DNA of 62,827 nt. Source: Paraglomus brasilianum. Taxonomy: Eukaryota. Shown one piece after another: positions 37,200-51,153 of the stretch (position 1 is its first letter; each line of letters starts with the position of its first letter). The stretch lies in the NCBI GenBank assembly GCA_910592345.1, contig CAJVPI010000062.1:1-62827 (forward strand), written 5' to 3'. The position numbers and the translations under genes were made by a program. Under the pieces are notes generated by a model. It was not told the origin of the DNA. It saw only the letters and a list, made by a program, of their open reading frames with translations, and did no database searches.

Positions 37200-38420
37200 G
37201 CACGAATGATAGAAATGGAATATTCACGCAGAAGGTTCAAGAAGCATTACTAGACCGAGTAATGGACCTTTTGGGCGGATCATACTGGTTACGAAGAGAA
37301 TAATGACTCAAGGCCCGGAATTGGGTTTATCGACTTCGGCTACCAGAAAGTCGATTTTTCACTCGATACATTCTAAGTTTTACTTCAAACCAAACCGTCT
37401 TGTGATTTTCCCAGCCACATTGCGTGTTTTGTCAACACGACTGTCGCCTTTGCACCGTCTTAGCTTAATACCAGAAGCGATAACGCTAAAGCATAAACCT
37501 CAGTTCGAACTTGCTATTAGAATAATATAGCCAGGATGATGCCAAGCAACCACAGCAGAGGGAACGGGCAGAATTGTCGTCAAAATGCCTGTTGTCGCAT
37601 AAAGCCCGCTCTGACCATATCAGCTAATCGACGTGAGAAACCCCATTCGTCAATATACCGTAACAATACTTGCATAGCACTATGTTCGTTCTGTAGCATT
37701 CGATCGAGATCTTCTACTTGCGCATTTTTCATATCCATGCCTCATCGGGGACTCTAAGAGTGGATAAGAGCGTAATAGCCTGCCTGTTCAAATATGCAGG
37801 CAAAAATGTTGACGCCTTTATCACTTCCAGTTCCGTATGTGGCGAATCAAACTTGCGCTGACTTGGCCGCACCTGGATTTGCTTCTCCCGGACATGCGGA
37901 GACATGCATAAAAACCCTTGTATCCACCAAGACGGAATTGGACAGCAGAAGGAATGCCTTTTAAACCAAGAACTTTGGTAATTTGTTGGCATAACGCTCG
38001 TGAGATCTTGCCACAACCATCGGAAAAATTGTATCCGTTTCTCGTAATGTCGTCGGGATCGAATATCGCTCACAGGTAGATGAGTCACGGCGCGAGAACT
38101 TGAAAAGCATTGTCCCATGCGTGCAGCGTATTTTGCCGCTACTTTGATGTCACTTAAATTCCCCATCCATGTCGTCAGCGCAAGACATGTTCAAAGCTGC
38201 TGATTACAATCTTGTACCAAGGGATGCCATGTTTTCCCAACACTTAAGGTGGTTGATGGAAACCTGAAAAAATATGTTGATAGGTCAATGCTGGACTTTG
38301 ATGTACTTTATATGTTGGAATGTAATATTACGCATGGTTACTTACATGATTACAATCTCAATGACGAATTCATGGACTCACTTGCTCGACAAAAGAAAGA
38401 GACTTTACGTGCTCGTCACC
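37200..38420 (+). pseudogene. Cellular RNA-dependent RNA polymerase (RNAi RdRP) pseudogene, N-terminal part
   Basis: Plus-strand fragments SRPGIGFIDF (RRM-like), ITLKHKPQF, ERAELSS|AQDMFKAADYNLVP (reading across the insert) and LDFDVLYMLECNITHGYLHDYNLNDEF (matches the F.V.Y.LE..I..G.L.EYN motif of fungal RdRPs). Boundaries approximate. Confidence 0.6.
37583..38169 (-). pseudogene. Inverted internal segment of the RdRP catalytic region
   Basis: WMGNLSDIKVAAKYAARMGQCFSSS, FSDGCGKIS, PSAVQFRLGGYKG, IQVRPSQRKF..LEVIK..AYLNRQAITLLSTL.VPD, AGFM..AF across frameshifts. Flanked by direct TGTCGTCA at 37575-82 and 38170-77. Confidence 0.9.
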
Positions 38421-38691
38421 GCGTGAATATGCTGGATACTAGCGTAGATGGCTGATGAATAAGAAACCGACCGTTCTTTGGTGTTATTCCGTCAGAGGTA
38501 TAACGCCCTTCGGGAGTCGTCTTCCCTTATGCACGAAAAGAAAGAATAAATATTGTTCGATGTAGTTGCGGATCGACCTGCGGTAATATCTGAACGTGAA
38601 AGCCAGAGAATTTAGGCGATTGTAATAATTGCTAATAGAATGCAAACTTAGAAGGGAAATCATTACTAAAAATGTCAATGAACAACTATAT

Positions 38692-39040
38692 TTCAGGAAC
38701 CGTTCTATGACTCTTATATTTTTTTAATGGCTGTCGTCCCTCCAATCCCTTCCTATAGCAATCCATAAATCGTTTGGACCTTAGTGCATATTTTCGTATT
38801 GTCTGTAGAGAAATAGAATCAAATGCAGATGGAAGAATTTCCTTTAAACCGTTCCAAGTGTGATCGCAATGCTGTTGTGTATATCGTTTAGCAGCGCCTA
38901 ATATTGCTCAATGAAATTTAACCCAGGATGGAATTTGGAATAGAAGATAACTTTGTGGCCCATGCTCTCAATAGCAGCGGTTGGTTAGCTTTGAAATCTT
39001 CTTGCCCTGCAAGAATATGACGCGCACAACGATCATCATT
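38692..39040 (-). pseudogene. C-terminal remnant of a fungal IS630/Tc1-like transposase
   Basis: CARHILAGQEDF..GHKVIFYSKFHPGLNFIEQY*.AAKRY..HCDHTWNGL..LPSAFDSISLQTIRKYA.RSKRFMDCYRKGL..KKYKSHRTVP. Confidence 0.8.
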
Positions 39041-40099
39041 CGTTACAATCTTTTTTTCACACCACAGAATAGTCTAATCTATTATCATTCCATTCATACA
39101 CATCAAATTCACTACTCTTATCTTCAATCGCATTGTCTGTAAAATAACAATTATCATTAATAAAAACATTGTCGCAAGCTCACGACAGTGTTACCCATTA
39201 TAATTATTAAAGAGCGAAATATTTTCGTTTTAGAGATCATATTTATCCAAAGTTCATGTGACACAAAATTTACAATTTTGTTAAGGCCTTAAGAAATGGG
39301 CCAAATTTAAGATAATTTTACCAGAAAAGGCTGTATCAAATTTCTGCTTACTATATAAATTAACTAAACTTTGAACAGTTATATCTCAAACCACATGTAG
39401 CATTTGTCAATTTTCTAAACATAATTTGTTAACATTTATCAAGAAGAACAAAATGACGTTATTAAATTTTGAATTATTAATACAGTAATGCTTGTATTAT
39501 TGTTTGAAATGCATCGATTTTTGTTTGATACGTACTTGTGTCCCTCACCATACCATAATGGGCTAAAGTATGAACCCTGGTAATGACTTGGGTGATTGGG
39601 CAGATTAAATAACATAAGAATGGAATTTTTTCATGTAAAAATACAAATACATACATGGTTTGAATGTTTACCCAGTACTCAAAATTTAAAGGACAATGTG
39701 ACCTATTATATCTTTTACCGGTTTCTCTGCCACATGGCCTTTTTCTCGCGTTAATCACGGCACCTTTTGATTCTAATTGTCAAATCTTATCTTAATTTTC
39801 TAAAATCTACAAGTTGTTAAACATCTTGTTTGTAATGTCTGCTTCTCTTCTTCGTAGACTAAATTTACAGCAATTTATCTCACTATTTTATTACTCAAGA
39901 CAGAAGATCTTTACTATCTTGAGACAAATAATAAATTTTTCGCAGTGACGCTTTTCCAGTATTATATACTGTGCGCATAAAAGTTTTTGAAATGACATTT
40001 TATAAACTATGCAACGAAAACGGTCAGAGATTATTTATAATGTAACAAACCGTTTTCTTTATTGCTACTTAATAGCTTATTTTATTACCATTTCCTCTA

Positions 40100-40600
40100 T
40101 TATCTTGTCGGCGTGCTATGAATCAAAATTAACATACATGCTTTTTTCCAATTTCTTCCCATTCTTTCTGAAATGCTCCACAAAAGACCTCAACTATGAC
40201 TGCTTGCTTTTATACCAGAATTTCACTGACTTGTTTTCAAACCGTGTCTTTAAATTTTGCCAATAAGCTAATCAACTTTAAAAGTTATACTGTAACTACA
40301 AAAGTTTTAAGTCTTTTCAATAAAATAAAACGAATTGACAGCCACAAAGCAAGCCTGTTTTTAGTTTAAATTTTATTAACATTGGTTGGATATTTGTGGA
40401 GTTTTGAGTCAATATGTCCAATAATGACAAACATCGAGCCAGTTTTATAAATCACTGTATGCATATTAACAATTCTATTTTCCATCATCGCTTGATGCCA
40501 TCGACAGCGTAATTTGCTTGTTTTTTGAATCGTCAGCGTTATCTGATTACGTTTGAAACCATGTCCAAATATTTGTATCCGAGAATTTTGCATCATTTTT
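40100..40600 (-). pseudogene. Possible hAT transposase remnant
   Basis: Fragments NIWTWF, YKTGS..GHIDSKLH (BED-finger-like) and STPTR* (like xPTRW); very decayed. Confidence 0.25.
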
Positions 40601-41469
40601 TTAAGTTTGCCATAATTACAGTAAGTTACATACGTAATAATATACAAAAATTTAGTAAGACAGAATGCAGGACTTTTAGAATGAATGTAAAAGATTCGTA
40701 TTTTACAGCTATGTCATAAATTTTGTTTTATGTTTGTTTTCTTACAAGTTGCAGTTATAGCAATATATTTGACAAGAAGATGAGTTAGGTCTTTTGTCAA
40801 AATATTTTGTTAAAAAAATATTCGAGCAAATAGAATTACTGTAGATTACGTATTTCAAGGAGCTGTGACGCGACAAACTATTTATTCTGCATCAGTCACA
40901 TGATAACCAATTTTTCGACACGACACATTACTATGTATCCGTACAATTGTGTTAATCAGTCTATTTAGCATGAATCAATTTCCTCACCTACTGTCCATAA
41001 TACATAGAATAATAAAAAGATCATATGGATAGAACCTCTAGTTATCCTAATAATTCTTATGTTTGAACAATCATTTACTTGGATGTCCGAGATTAATATC
41101 AATAACATACTAATATACGATCGCGTATATAATCCGTAAAAGGGGGAAGGAAAAAAGAATTAAATATTCTACGTATTGTGAGCGAATAAAATAAGCTTGC
41201 GTATATTAAAAGGCTAAGCATTATCTCCAGCAAGAGCATTTACGTGAACTTACTCACAAGTGTCGTATAACGTTTCTCTCCCAGTCATACTGGTGGGAAA
41301 GAGTAACTTTCTTGAGCCAGTTGTCTCAACTAGAACCCGTTTTTGACTATAATAAATATTAAAATATAATTACTTGTTTTTACAGTTAATGAGAATTTAA
41401 CACTCAGAAAAACAATCTTCTTACGAAAAATTTAGATTTAAAAGTTAAAATTTAAACAGTTTTCTTACT

Positions 41470-42030
41470 ACATCGTAAGCATAAATCACAAATTTTCAAT
41501 CGTATTAAAATCAGGGCTGTTTGAAGCCAATCCAACATTTTGGATACTACTGTGCAAGAAGTTCGTCGCTTTAGCAGTGCGCTTTAGGGCCATCATCTTG
41601 TTGAAAGACTCGATGTTTACCCGTAATCGTATTGCATCACGTCAAACAGATTTTCAGTTAAATTTTTCGATACAAAGCACCGCCCATGACATCTGTAAAC
41701 CGAGTACCATAGCAAGGTTATGCATCAGATTTATAATCCATGTTTGAGTATTCCTGGACATTTGTATAATGGCTGTGTCAGAAAAGGTAACTTTGTTCCA
41801 ATTTTGTTTTCTGTATTTCATAGCAAACTCCAAACGGCATTTTTGTGTCTATCAGTGAGAAGACACATGGTTTTTGGGATAGCGCAATATTGTAAATTGT
41901 ATGAAGTTTATTGCGTACTGTACGACAAGGTTCTGTGGTGCTTATTAATATATTGGTGAGAATATTTGTTACTTGCGCCAATTAACCGAGAATTTTCGGG
42001 GTGGTTTAGGGTCCAAATATTCTCCATTTT
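41470..42030 (-). pseudogene. Second Tc1-family transposase remnant
   Basis: RTVRNKLH..LLTDRHKNA.LEFAMKY.KQNWNKVTFSD, VFQQDDGPK, SNSPDFNTIENL across frameshifts; TIRs not recognised. Confidence 0.8.
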
Positions 42031-43550
42031 TAAGTTTTTATATTATATAAAGCGAAATAGAAGTTCATCGTGGATACCACCTGCCCATATATTGGTCATC
42101 TTTTGCAATTTAAGGCTTTGTCATTGTATTGTTAATAAAGAAAAAAAAGGAGACAAAACAAACAAATGGCGCAAATGACAAAATAATATGGGCGTTCTTG
42201 TTGGTGTGCTACATACGCAAGAATAGAGTGTAAAAACCGTTTAGATGACCTTTTTTTTTATTAGACGCGTATTTCGGGTTTATTTGACACGCATTTTATT
42301 TCAAAACCATTTTCGCATATTGCACTCAAGTTTATTAAATATCTGCTTATAATTAATTAATTTACTGTGCAAAGTTGTAGATGTTGAATTAAGTATTAGA
42401 AGTTAACCAAACACGACTTGGACCATCATCTGAAAATGGGTACTGTTTTTTGAACAATCTACCTCTTACTTTATGCAACATTTCAGTGATGTTTTTCTTT
42501 GGTTGTCACTTAGAAACCGACCCACGAGGAAAAAATAATTTCTATTTATTATAAATTAGGACTTTATTGTTTTATGAAAACATTGGTATCTGTTTTACAA
42601 TAATAATTTTTAAATTTTCGGCTAATCCTCTAATTTTGATTTTAAAGTCAATAATTCGAGACAAGCCACGTTCAAACGGTTGTCTACAAATTTCTCATTA
42701 GTATTAGCAACTCTTCTTTATTTTAATTACGGCGGACAAAATCAACCACATCAACCAAGAACACATTGGTTTTTAGTATTTTTAGATGTTTGTTTACAAA
42801 AAAACGCTAACATTTCAGATGCCACTTTTTTTTAGCTTGGCATATACTTTTATTCGATAATCAACATTTAATATTTGTGCTCGAATTATGTTTCCCTTTG
42901 AAATGGAAAGTACCTAGGTAAACTCGATAAGTCTCTCTGTCCTTTTCTTTTTTTCATATTTAAAACCTTCTTGATAAGACTGACAATTATGCCCAGCCGG
43001 TCGTGTCTGACTTATCAAGTTTACCTATCTACTTTAAAAATTTTGACTATTGGCTCAAAATTTTGAGAACCTTTATAAATTCAAAATACTATCCAGCTAG
43101 CTTATTAATTTTAATAATAACACTTACCAAGAAGAAATGGGAAATTTGCGTTTTAAGCAACTTTCAAAAAACTCCGACATCCTAAATGCCAATATAGTTA
43201 ACTCTAAATTATTGTTGCCGCATTTACGATTAAGTTTTATAACACAACAGTATGGCTTGGCAAGTTGTATAATTTATTGTTACTATCAATTTGAAGAGGC
43301 AATTATGTCAAAGTCAAGCAATTGTAATTTACTATAATGTCTATAAATAAAACCAAGATGCCATATTCCGCGTTTTTTTAATGAATCTTTATCAAATTTA
43401 AGCAAGTGACTTACCAAAAAAAAGTTTACTGATCTAACAAAGTATTAAAGTTGCGATTTAACTATTCTGGACCAGTTTTGCTATTACAGCAAAACTATAT
43501 CAATACACAAATTTCATTGGACTAACGGGTTCTGAATCACTATTACTAAA

Positions 43551-43687
43551 GGAGGCAATCAGTTCGTCGACAATCATTTCACCGACAAATATTCACCAAC
43601 ATTATTTCGAAGTTATCCTTTTTTGGTAGTTAACTGTCAGTGAAATGTACTGTCGTGAAATGATTGTCGATGAAATAATATGGACCC
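43551..43687 (+). mobile_element. Mutator-like MITE, copy 2
   Basis: GGAGGCAATC...ATATGGACCC flanked by a perfect 9-bp TSD ATTACTAAA (43542-50, 43688-96). Confidence 0.9.
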
Positions 43688-46600
43688 ATTACTAAAGTAT
43701 TGACTATCAAAATAGTGAAATGCGAATCAAGGCTCAAATGAATGTGCTCAAGCAGTCCTTTATCAACAAGTCAAAAACTATAAGAAACAATCTTTCATTG
43801 ATAGGTCACTCGATCAATGGAGGCCTTTGTGGGAAGCTTTTATGTTAAATTTACTTTCCTTACGTTTTTTTTAGTTTTCGTTTCTTTCTTGGTTCATCAT
43901 AAGTTGTGGTTTATTTTTGTTCTTGATAAATTTTATAAGTAATTTTTTTTATCTAGATGTTCCTGGAGAATTTTGCTATCATTGATTTTAAAAACATATT
44001 GAGCAATCTTTTCTCCTTGAGCTTTCTTTAAAATGCTTCTAATGGTGTTGTCGATATTAATCTAAGCAGGCTTATCAGACTGTATATTTTTGACGCGGTT
44101 TTTATATCTAGAGTGATATTCAGTGACTTGTTATGGGGTTGAAACAAGTTTACCCGAACTTAAATACGGTTTAACACAATGTCAGATGTGAGCATTATCA
44201 CAGCGGCAAAGTAATTTATTAAACAAGACAGACTATGCTTAAACAGACGTTTTAGATTTTACTAAACAAAATTAATTTTCTTTCTACATTTACGTATTAC
44301 GCCGTTTAGTAACAGACTACATATATTGATTTTATCTACGGAAACAAAAACATAGTTTATGTTGACATACTGAGGTGCTTGAAAGTATTTTTTGAACTTA
44401 TATCTATATTAGAAGAGAAATAAATGTATTACGATTAAGCCTACAAACATACGATGGAGCAAAATGTGACGATTGACATTATAACCAATCAATGATCGGA
44501 TCTTTCCCAAATATCACATATTAAGAGTAAGCTTTTATTCAAGGGTCGATAGCTAAAGGATTTGTATGGAACTTAGTTAGGGATTAAATTAGGGGAAAGA
44601 CAAACCAGATCAAACTAAATCTGTAAATTAAAGAAAAAAAACGAACGACATGGTGGAAACAGAAGACAATCTAAAGTGGCTTATGCTAAAAAGTCTGCTA
44701 CCTTCATCATCTTATACAGAAAGAACGTATTGTGTGCTATAAACACACGAAACAAGGAGAGACGTTGGTTTGTGGCGTTTTTTTTTTCTCTTTACTGTGT
44801 CGCTGTAAACAATAGAATAAAGTCAAAAAAAAATTTTTTTTGATACAGCAACGAAAGCCTTTGTTAACCTGACATTGTAAGATACACTGTTGTCTATTTC
44901 ATAATAAGATTATTTTTATAATTGTTCTTTTTGATAAAAGGGAAACTGCGCGAATATTAAGACGATAGATTACATTAAAATCATTATGAATTGTTTGTAA
45001 GCAGCGGATAAGTTCTAACCGCGTCATCTATTTATGGAAGGTAAGTAAATAAATCTTTCAATTGTTATAGAAGTTCTAACGGACTCTAAATGTCAACAAT
45101 ACATATCCGCTTTGAAATTTGCAATACAGATGTAATGCAATGCATTCTTGAATATAAGATTATTTTTAATTCTTACGATTGTAAATGTATTCGGATTTGG
45201 ATTAGAACAAGATTATTTAAAGTTGATCTTGCATAAAAAATTCAATGCTATTCTTAGTATTCACACAGAACAATTTTTTTTTTCATTCCTCATTAATGAT
45301 TATGCATAAACAGTGTTCGCATACCTTCAAATCGTTGCATTCAGTAATTGTCCTTTATTCGCGAGCTAGTACATATCAGTCAATTCATTGAATGTGGCTT
45401 TGTTTGCGTTACACAAATTCAGGAGATTAGTGATAAAGCTATAATAAACATGTATAGATAATGAGCTCAAGCTCTACCAATCATTGAAAGATTAGTTAAC
45501 TGCAACAGCATTTATTTTATATTAAAAGTTTGCCAAGTTATGCAACTATATTGAGGAACCACTACATTTGCTCAAATGGCTCGTTGAATAATCAGATACA
45601 TTGATAACGCGTTCGGGTTTACTTGTTAACCGAAAGTTTTCATTTTACACTGCTTGAGAACATAATCGAAGTTTTTTTACAATTATTGTTACATTGTTTG
45701 TTACGTTCGTTTATTATCTCTCTTTGTTGCCGCTGAGGAACGAAGAGCTGCCTCATTATTATGCATTATTAATGTTCTCGCAGCTGATAAGAGCGATCTG
45801 ATTCTATGAATAAAATATATCTGGCAATTTCGAAACTGTAGCTGGAGATTGTATCTAACAAAGATACGGACGATACACCCAATTATTGCAAAGAATTTAA
45901 ATGTTAGACAAATAAAGTACGTTCTCGGCCGTTCTGTGAGGAGCGAACGTATGCGCAATATGTGTATTTACGTTTAACAGAGAATCAACATCATGATGTC
46001 ATGAAAACTTTAATTTACGTTTTGTAAAAATTTACAATTACTTTCAGATTGGCTTTGTTATCGGTTATAATTAAGTATGCAACTTCAAGTTTATTTTGTA
46101 TTTTCTTTTTTGGATATATTAAAAAAGAAATCCAATAGAGAAAGTTCTGAGAACTAATGAGCAAGGGGAATGAACATGATTTACAAATACAGCGAATAAA
46201 TACAGCAATATAATCGCTGATATACAGTACATGTAAATAAAGGGATTTTTAAGGAATATGTTATTTTTGACATCGGGGCATCGATTATGCGTTGGCGCTC
46301 TTTGCTCTTTCCTAGCATAGTAACCGAATATGTGATGACAGTGAATTTGAAATTGTAACATGTTGGTTTTTATGAGATACATGTAACAGTCAATTGTATT
46401 AGCCAATGTCTGAGCGTGAATGTGCATTTCTAGGCGAGTTATCTTGCATTCTGTTTGTATGCTTATATTTCTTTGTTCCCTTTTCTCTGCGCTTTTTCTC
46501 CTGTTATTTCTGACGACTATTTTTGTAGGTCTGCAATTACGATTTAGTATATTCAGCCCTTTTTAGAAACATACTGCAATAACAATGTGCTTCTTGCCGA

Positions 46601-48766
46601 GAGTCTCTTGTCTTTTGGATTTACTCCTGAATCCTATCCAAGAACAAGTGGTAGTTGATCGAACATTGTTGAGTCATACACTTCTCGTATGCACATAAAT
46701 TATTACATACAAACTATAACTACAATGGTATACAAGTAAACTTAACCAACCAAGTATATACTTAGAATTGGTTTATTTGTTGACTGTGTATATAGTTTGT
46801 ATATTCGTATGGATAATGGCAAATGCACTTCGCGAAACTAAACAATGCCCTTGAACAAAAGGTCGAATATATATGGTATACTTGGAATCCATAAATATTA
46901 AGAGGGGTTAATTTAGGAAATGATAGGTTGATGTGATGTAAATAACATAATGGTGATAACGACCCATGGATTTGGTTTAATTTGCATTACATTTTTTGGT
47001 CATTTATATGTTGAGTGACGCAATCACAGCTAAACTAAGCAAAGAGAGAGGAGAGCGTATTAATGTGACAGGGAGTAATCGATAATACTCATAGATCTTC
47101 ATTATTATCACGTTAATTAAACCAACAATACATCATTCTTGTATCCCCCATCGTACTTGCTCATCCCTTTCAATCCAGTCAATCATAAACCAAAGACTTC
47201 TCCTCTCCCCAAAGCTACCGAGAAGAATAGTGCTATTGTTGCTGATTTGTAGACGTGGGAAACACATTCTGCAGTTACATCCATGTCATGGGACTTTAAC
47301 TGCGAATTAGAAATTTGAATCTTAGAAAAGTAAATTATAATTTACAAAATGGCGGGAAAAACGACAAGACTAAAAAGTGTAAATTAAGACTGTTCGGCGT
47401 ACGTAGTATAAACAGTCTTTATGTGTAATATAAAAAGTTGCCAATAACACCCATACATAACTACTTCCATCTCTATTAAAGTTGTCTTACATTCCATTTT
47501 ATCCTATTACGTTCCAGTCCACTATCTCGTCTCTTTCTTTATTTCTCTACTTTTTAGTAGTTTCCATTCATACATTCAAACCAAATACATCCTTTAACTG
47601 CGCAAAATTATTAATCCGGCATTGAAGGAGGTTGGTTTTACAAATCGATTGATGGGCGGTTTGCTAATTTTCCATTTCTGATAAAGTTTATAATTTGGAC
47701 GAAAATGGAGAAGAAAAGAATTCCGATCAAGTATTAATTGCAGTTTCATTTAATTATAGATCACTCATTATAGAGTAATTCGTACGTATATATTCAAGAC
47801 CGCTGTTACCAAGTATGATTATCTGTCAGTTATTTATAGCTCAATAGCGTACTGATATTTAACATTGCATAATCATATTACAAATACATACAATCGGAAA
47901 CCCAGATTTTAAGAAAAACCCTCATTCAGCCAACTCGCTTTTGCATTTATGGCGCGAGCTACTAGAAAAGGGGGAGAAGGGCCGATTGACCGCTGAATTT
48001 CAAATGGGACTTTTAGTCAAGATGGATTTCGAACAGGGAGAAATGGTTTGACATTTGCAAGTTTGATGCGGATAAACGGCTTAGAATATAAGTCTTAGAT
48101 TAGGCATCCCATTGCTATAATAAGTGAAGGAATACCGATTAGAAATAGGCAACGGTATGAAATGACCTCTTTTTTTTTTGAAGGATACAGCGATAAGGTA
48201 TGTACCCCGAAATTACGGCTTAATCATTGATAAATAAAATATATTGATAATGGAAGAAATACTGCGTTATTGTATGTATGTATATTGTTGTACAGTATAA
48301 TTTGCATTTAGTATTACATAAACAGAATGAATATTACAGATATTACAGCCACACAGACATATAAATAATACCGCAATAACGATATACAACGTACATTATA
48401 TACACACGTACTCCATTATTAGTCCGTATATATTTACATATATTTACATCAATAGTGCATACATTTTTAATTTAAAATTATACTTGTAGATATTCATTCA
48501 ATATTTGTGCCCCTTGGGCGGAGTATCGCAGGGCTTGTACGCATGTTACCTCAACTTTCTAAATATGGGTTTTGTTATCAATCTGCATCTTCTATTGTCA
48601 TAAACATCGCACACTCATATATAATACTCCCCAATCGGTATCATTGCCAACCTCTCAAACATTATCGTTCCATATCAAACACAAGCACCCCACCCACTCT
48701 CTGAACCCTCACTCTCTCTGAACCCTTACTCTCATTGCGCAATAAGGTTTGTACTACTCTCTTTAA

Positions 48767-48774
48767 TATATAAA
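48767..48774 (+). promoter_or_regulatory. TATA-box candidate for the HMG gene at 48931
   Basis: TATATAAA 164 nt upstream of the ATG, preceded by CT-rich tracts. Confidence 0.4.
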
Positions 48775-48930
48775 TCGCTACCCCTCGCGATCATTGAATT
48801 CTTTGTCTCAAGACGTCAAACACAAACAACAGACGAAAAATTGCCACTTTTCCCCTTTCCTTACTTACTGTTACTTCAATATTAATCCACCGCAGCTGTT
48901 CCCTTTACTCTAATATATTAATCTAATACA

Positions 48931-50052
48931 ATGAACAACAACGATAATAGCGTTAAAGTACATCGTGCATCCACACAAACGAGGACGTCTGAACAGAGGG
49001 CTCCAACATTCGAATACATTCCTCATGACCAGCTCCTCTCGCTATTCGAACAGAAAAAGGGAACACAGTACTTTATCCCCGAAGGATTCGAACCGGTTCT
49101 GATCCCAAGTGGAACTCAAGTACAGCCGGTGGCGAACCTTATCGTTCACAGCCGACAAGCTCAACGACAACAGCAACAGCAACAGCAACAGCAACTGCTG
49201 CAACTGCAAAAACGTGAAGTAGTTCAGGCGGTAGAAATACCAACAACTTCCCAATCATCGTCATCATCATCTTCTCAATCATCAGCATCTGATGTACGAT
49301 TCCCTTCCTTGGTTTTGACCCGTCCCCAGGGACCGGCTCCAAGGGGTGGGTCAAATACAGCCAAGACAACGAAACCAAAGAAACCGCCGAGACCACCGAA
49401 TGCTTTTATTCTCTATCGACGAAGCAAACAGCCTCAAATTGTCGCAGCGAACGAAGGTATCTCTAATAACGAAGTATCGAAGCAAATAGGGGAAATGTGG
49501 CACAAGGAACCTCTCGAGGAAAAACTCAAGTACCAGCGCCTGGCCGACGAAGCGAAATTGGAACACATGAAGAAATATCCCGAATATAAATATCGACCAC
49601 GACGGCCGCATGAGAAGCGCCGCCGAACCAAGCGCACACCTGCGCCGACGACGGATAGTAATAACTCTTCCGCAACTCGAAGAGCTTCTATAGATACAGT
49701 GGCCACGGTAGACAGTAACGAGTATGACTCCCGACGAGGTTCCCTTGCATCCATTGACGAGACCATGGCAATGTTTGAAATGGAACCGATATTCGAGACT
49801 GCTCCGGTGGCAGTCTCGACTTCGGAATCACCCGACTATGTTTGTGTTGACACCGCTTTTGACATAGGAAATTTGTCGACGATGGTGGATAGTGTTACTC
49901 CCGAAAACGAGATGATTGCAGCGTACGGGTACTTTGAATATCAGCCAAATGGATTTGGGTATTATGGATATGATGAGTCGGATTTTGGATTGTTCCCCTC
50001 GGTCAATGAGCATCTGTTTGAACAGCAGCCTTTGGCTACTTTTGACATTTAA
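48931..50052 (+). CDS. MATA-type HMG-box transcription factor with poly-Gln and poly-Ser tracts (373 aa, intronless)
   Basis: KPPRPPNAFILYRRSKQPQI..ISNNEVSKQIGEMWHKEPLEEKLKYQRLADEAKLEHMKKYPEYKYRPRR; acidic/aromatic C-terminus. Confidence 0.95.
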   Translation: MNNNDNSVKVHRASTQTRTSEQRAPTFEYIPHDQLLSLFEQKKGTQYFIPEGFEPVLIPSGTQVQPVANLIVHSRQAQRQQQQQQQQQLLQLQKREVVQAVEIPTTSQSSSSSSSQSSASDVRFPSLVLTRPQGPAPRGGSNTAKTTKPKKPPRPPNAFILYRRSKQPQIVAANEGISNNEVSKQIGEMWHKEPLEEKLKYQRLADEAKLEHMKKYPEYKYRPRRPHEKRRRTKRTPAPTTDSNNSSATRRASIDTVATVDSNEYDSRRGSLASIDETMAMFEMEPIFETAPVAVSTSESPDYVCVDTAFDIGNLSTMVDSVTPENEMIAAYGYFEYQPNGFGYYGYDESDFGLFPSVNEHLFEQQPLATFDI

Positions 50053-50545
50053 TTTATATTTCTTTTCTCTTTTTTTCTCTTTTTAATTAATGGTGAGTTT
50101 GTATTCGAGAAGTAATTGGTGTTTGTGTGATAACAGCGATTGTAAGATAACGTGTAGTATTAACGAGTTCAAACATACACTTTCTTTTCTTTCTTACGCT
50201 TTTGCACAGCCTTTAATTATTTATTCGTTACTTATATTTATATTCTTTTCTTTTTCTTTTCTTTTTCTTTTCTTCTTTCTCTTAATAATACCTTCGAGCC
50301 TTATAAGATTTAACTACAAAACGATGGCTCATCTAATCCTAATAATACTCAACCGAAATCCTGACGTACGAAAAAAATACTCCGGCAAAGGGAAACAAAC
50401 AGGCGGACTATATCTTCTTATTATTTCTTATTATCTTCTCTTTTCCTCTTAAAACGTAATAATACCATTCAATGGACAGTTAAAGAACACTAAAAAATTT
50501 TGGTTGGGTTTTTTCGTTTTTTTTTTTAGTATTGGGTGATTGTAG

Positions 50546-50594
50546 TTTTTCCTTTTTCCTTTTTCCTTTTTCCTTTTTCCTTTTTCCTTTTTCC
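50546..50594 (+). repeat. (TTTTTCC)7 tandem repeat in the T-rich region downstream of the HMG gene
   Basis: Seven perfect 7-bp units. Confidence 0.9.
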
Positions 50595-51153
50595 ACCTTT
50601 TCTTCTTCTTGTTTATTCTTTTTTTTTTTTAAACAAAATCGTTTCTCTCTACAAAACTTTTGTTATTCTTTCCCCTTCCCCTTTTGAATTGGTTTTGGTT
50701 TTGTGCGCTGTTAGTGGGCTTTTTCTTCTCCGGATGGTGTTATCTAACAAAAAATTCAAAAAAAAAAGTTAATTGTACATATATAGTATTGTAAAACAAA
50801 AAAAAATCACCCGAAAATTTTTATTCTTCTTCCCGTTTCTTTTTTCTTTTTTACGAAAATTCACACTCCCCGAATACCCTAATATTCTTTTTACCGAAAT
50901 GTAAAACACACACCCATTCTTGTACAACGATATTCTATTGTAGGTCTGTTTGTAGTTTGTCCCTTTGGTTTTGCTTTAGTACATAAAAGTATTCAAGTAC
51001 AGAAACACCCGCCTTTAATATCTGACAAAATTTGCCTTACTTTCTTGTAACTTTTTTTTGTTTCAAGTAAACTTGTAAAGATTTAAAATAAGAATGGGAG
51101 AGATGAGGAGAAAGATTGAATGCGAAGGGGGAATTGAATTGGTGGTGCGAAGT

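Noticed and set aside
22078..50052. Mucorales-type sex locus (sexP/sexM) or homeodomain MAT locus
   Set aside because: No triose-phosphate transporter, RNA helicase or homeodomain gene is visible; HMG genes alone are not diagnostic in this lineage.
50090..50772. Phe-rich ORFs here and at 5892-6147 and 21614-22133 as membrane proteins
   Set aside because: They are translation artefacts of poly-T or poly-A downstream tracts.
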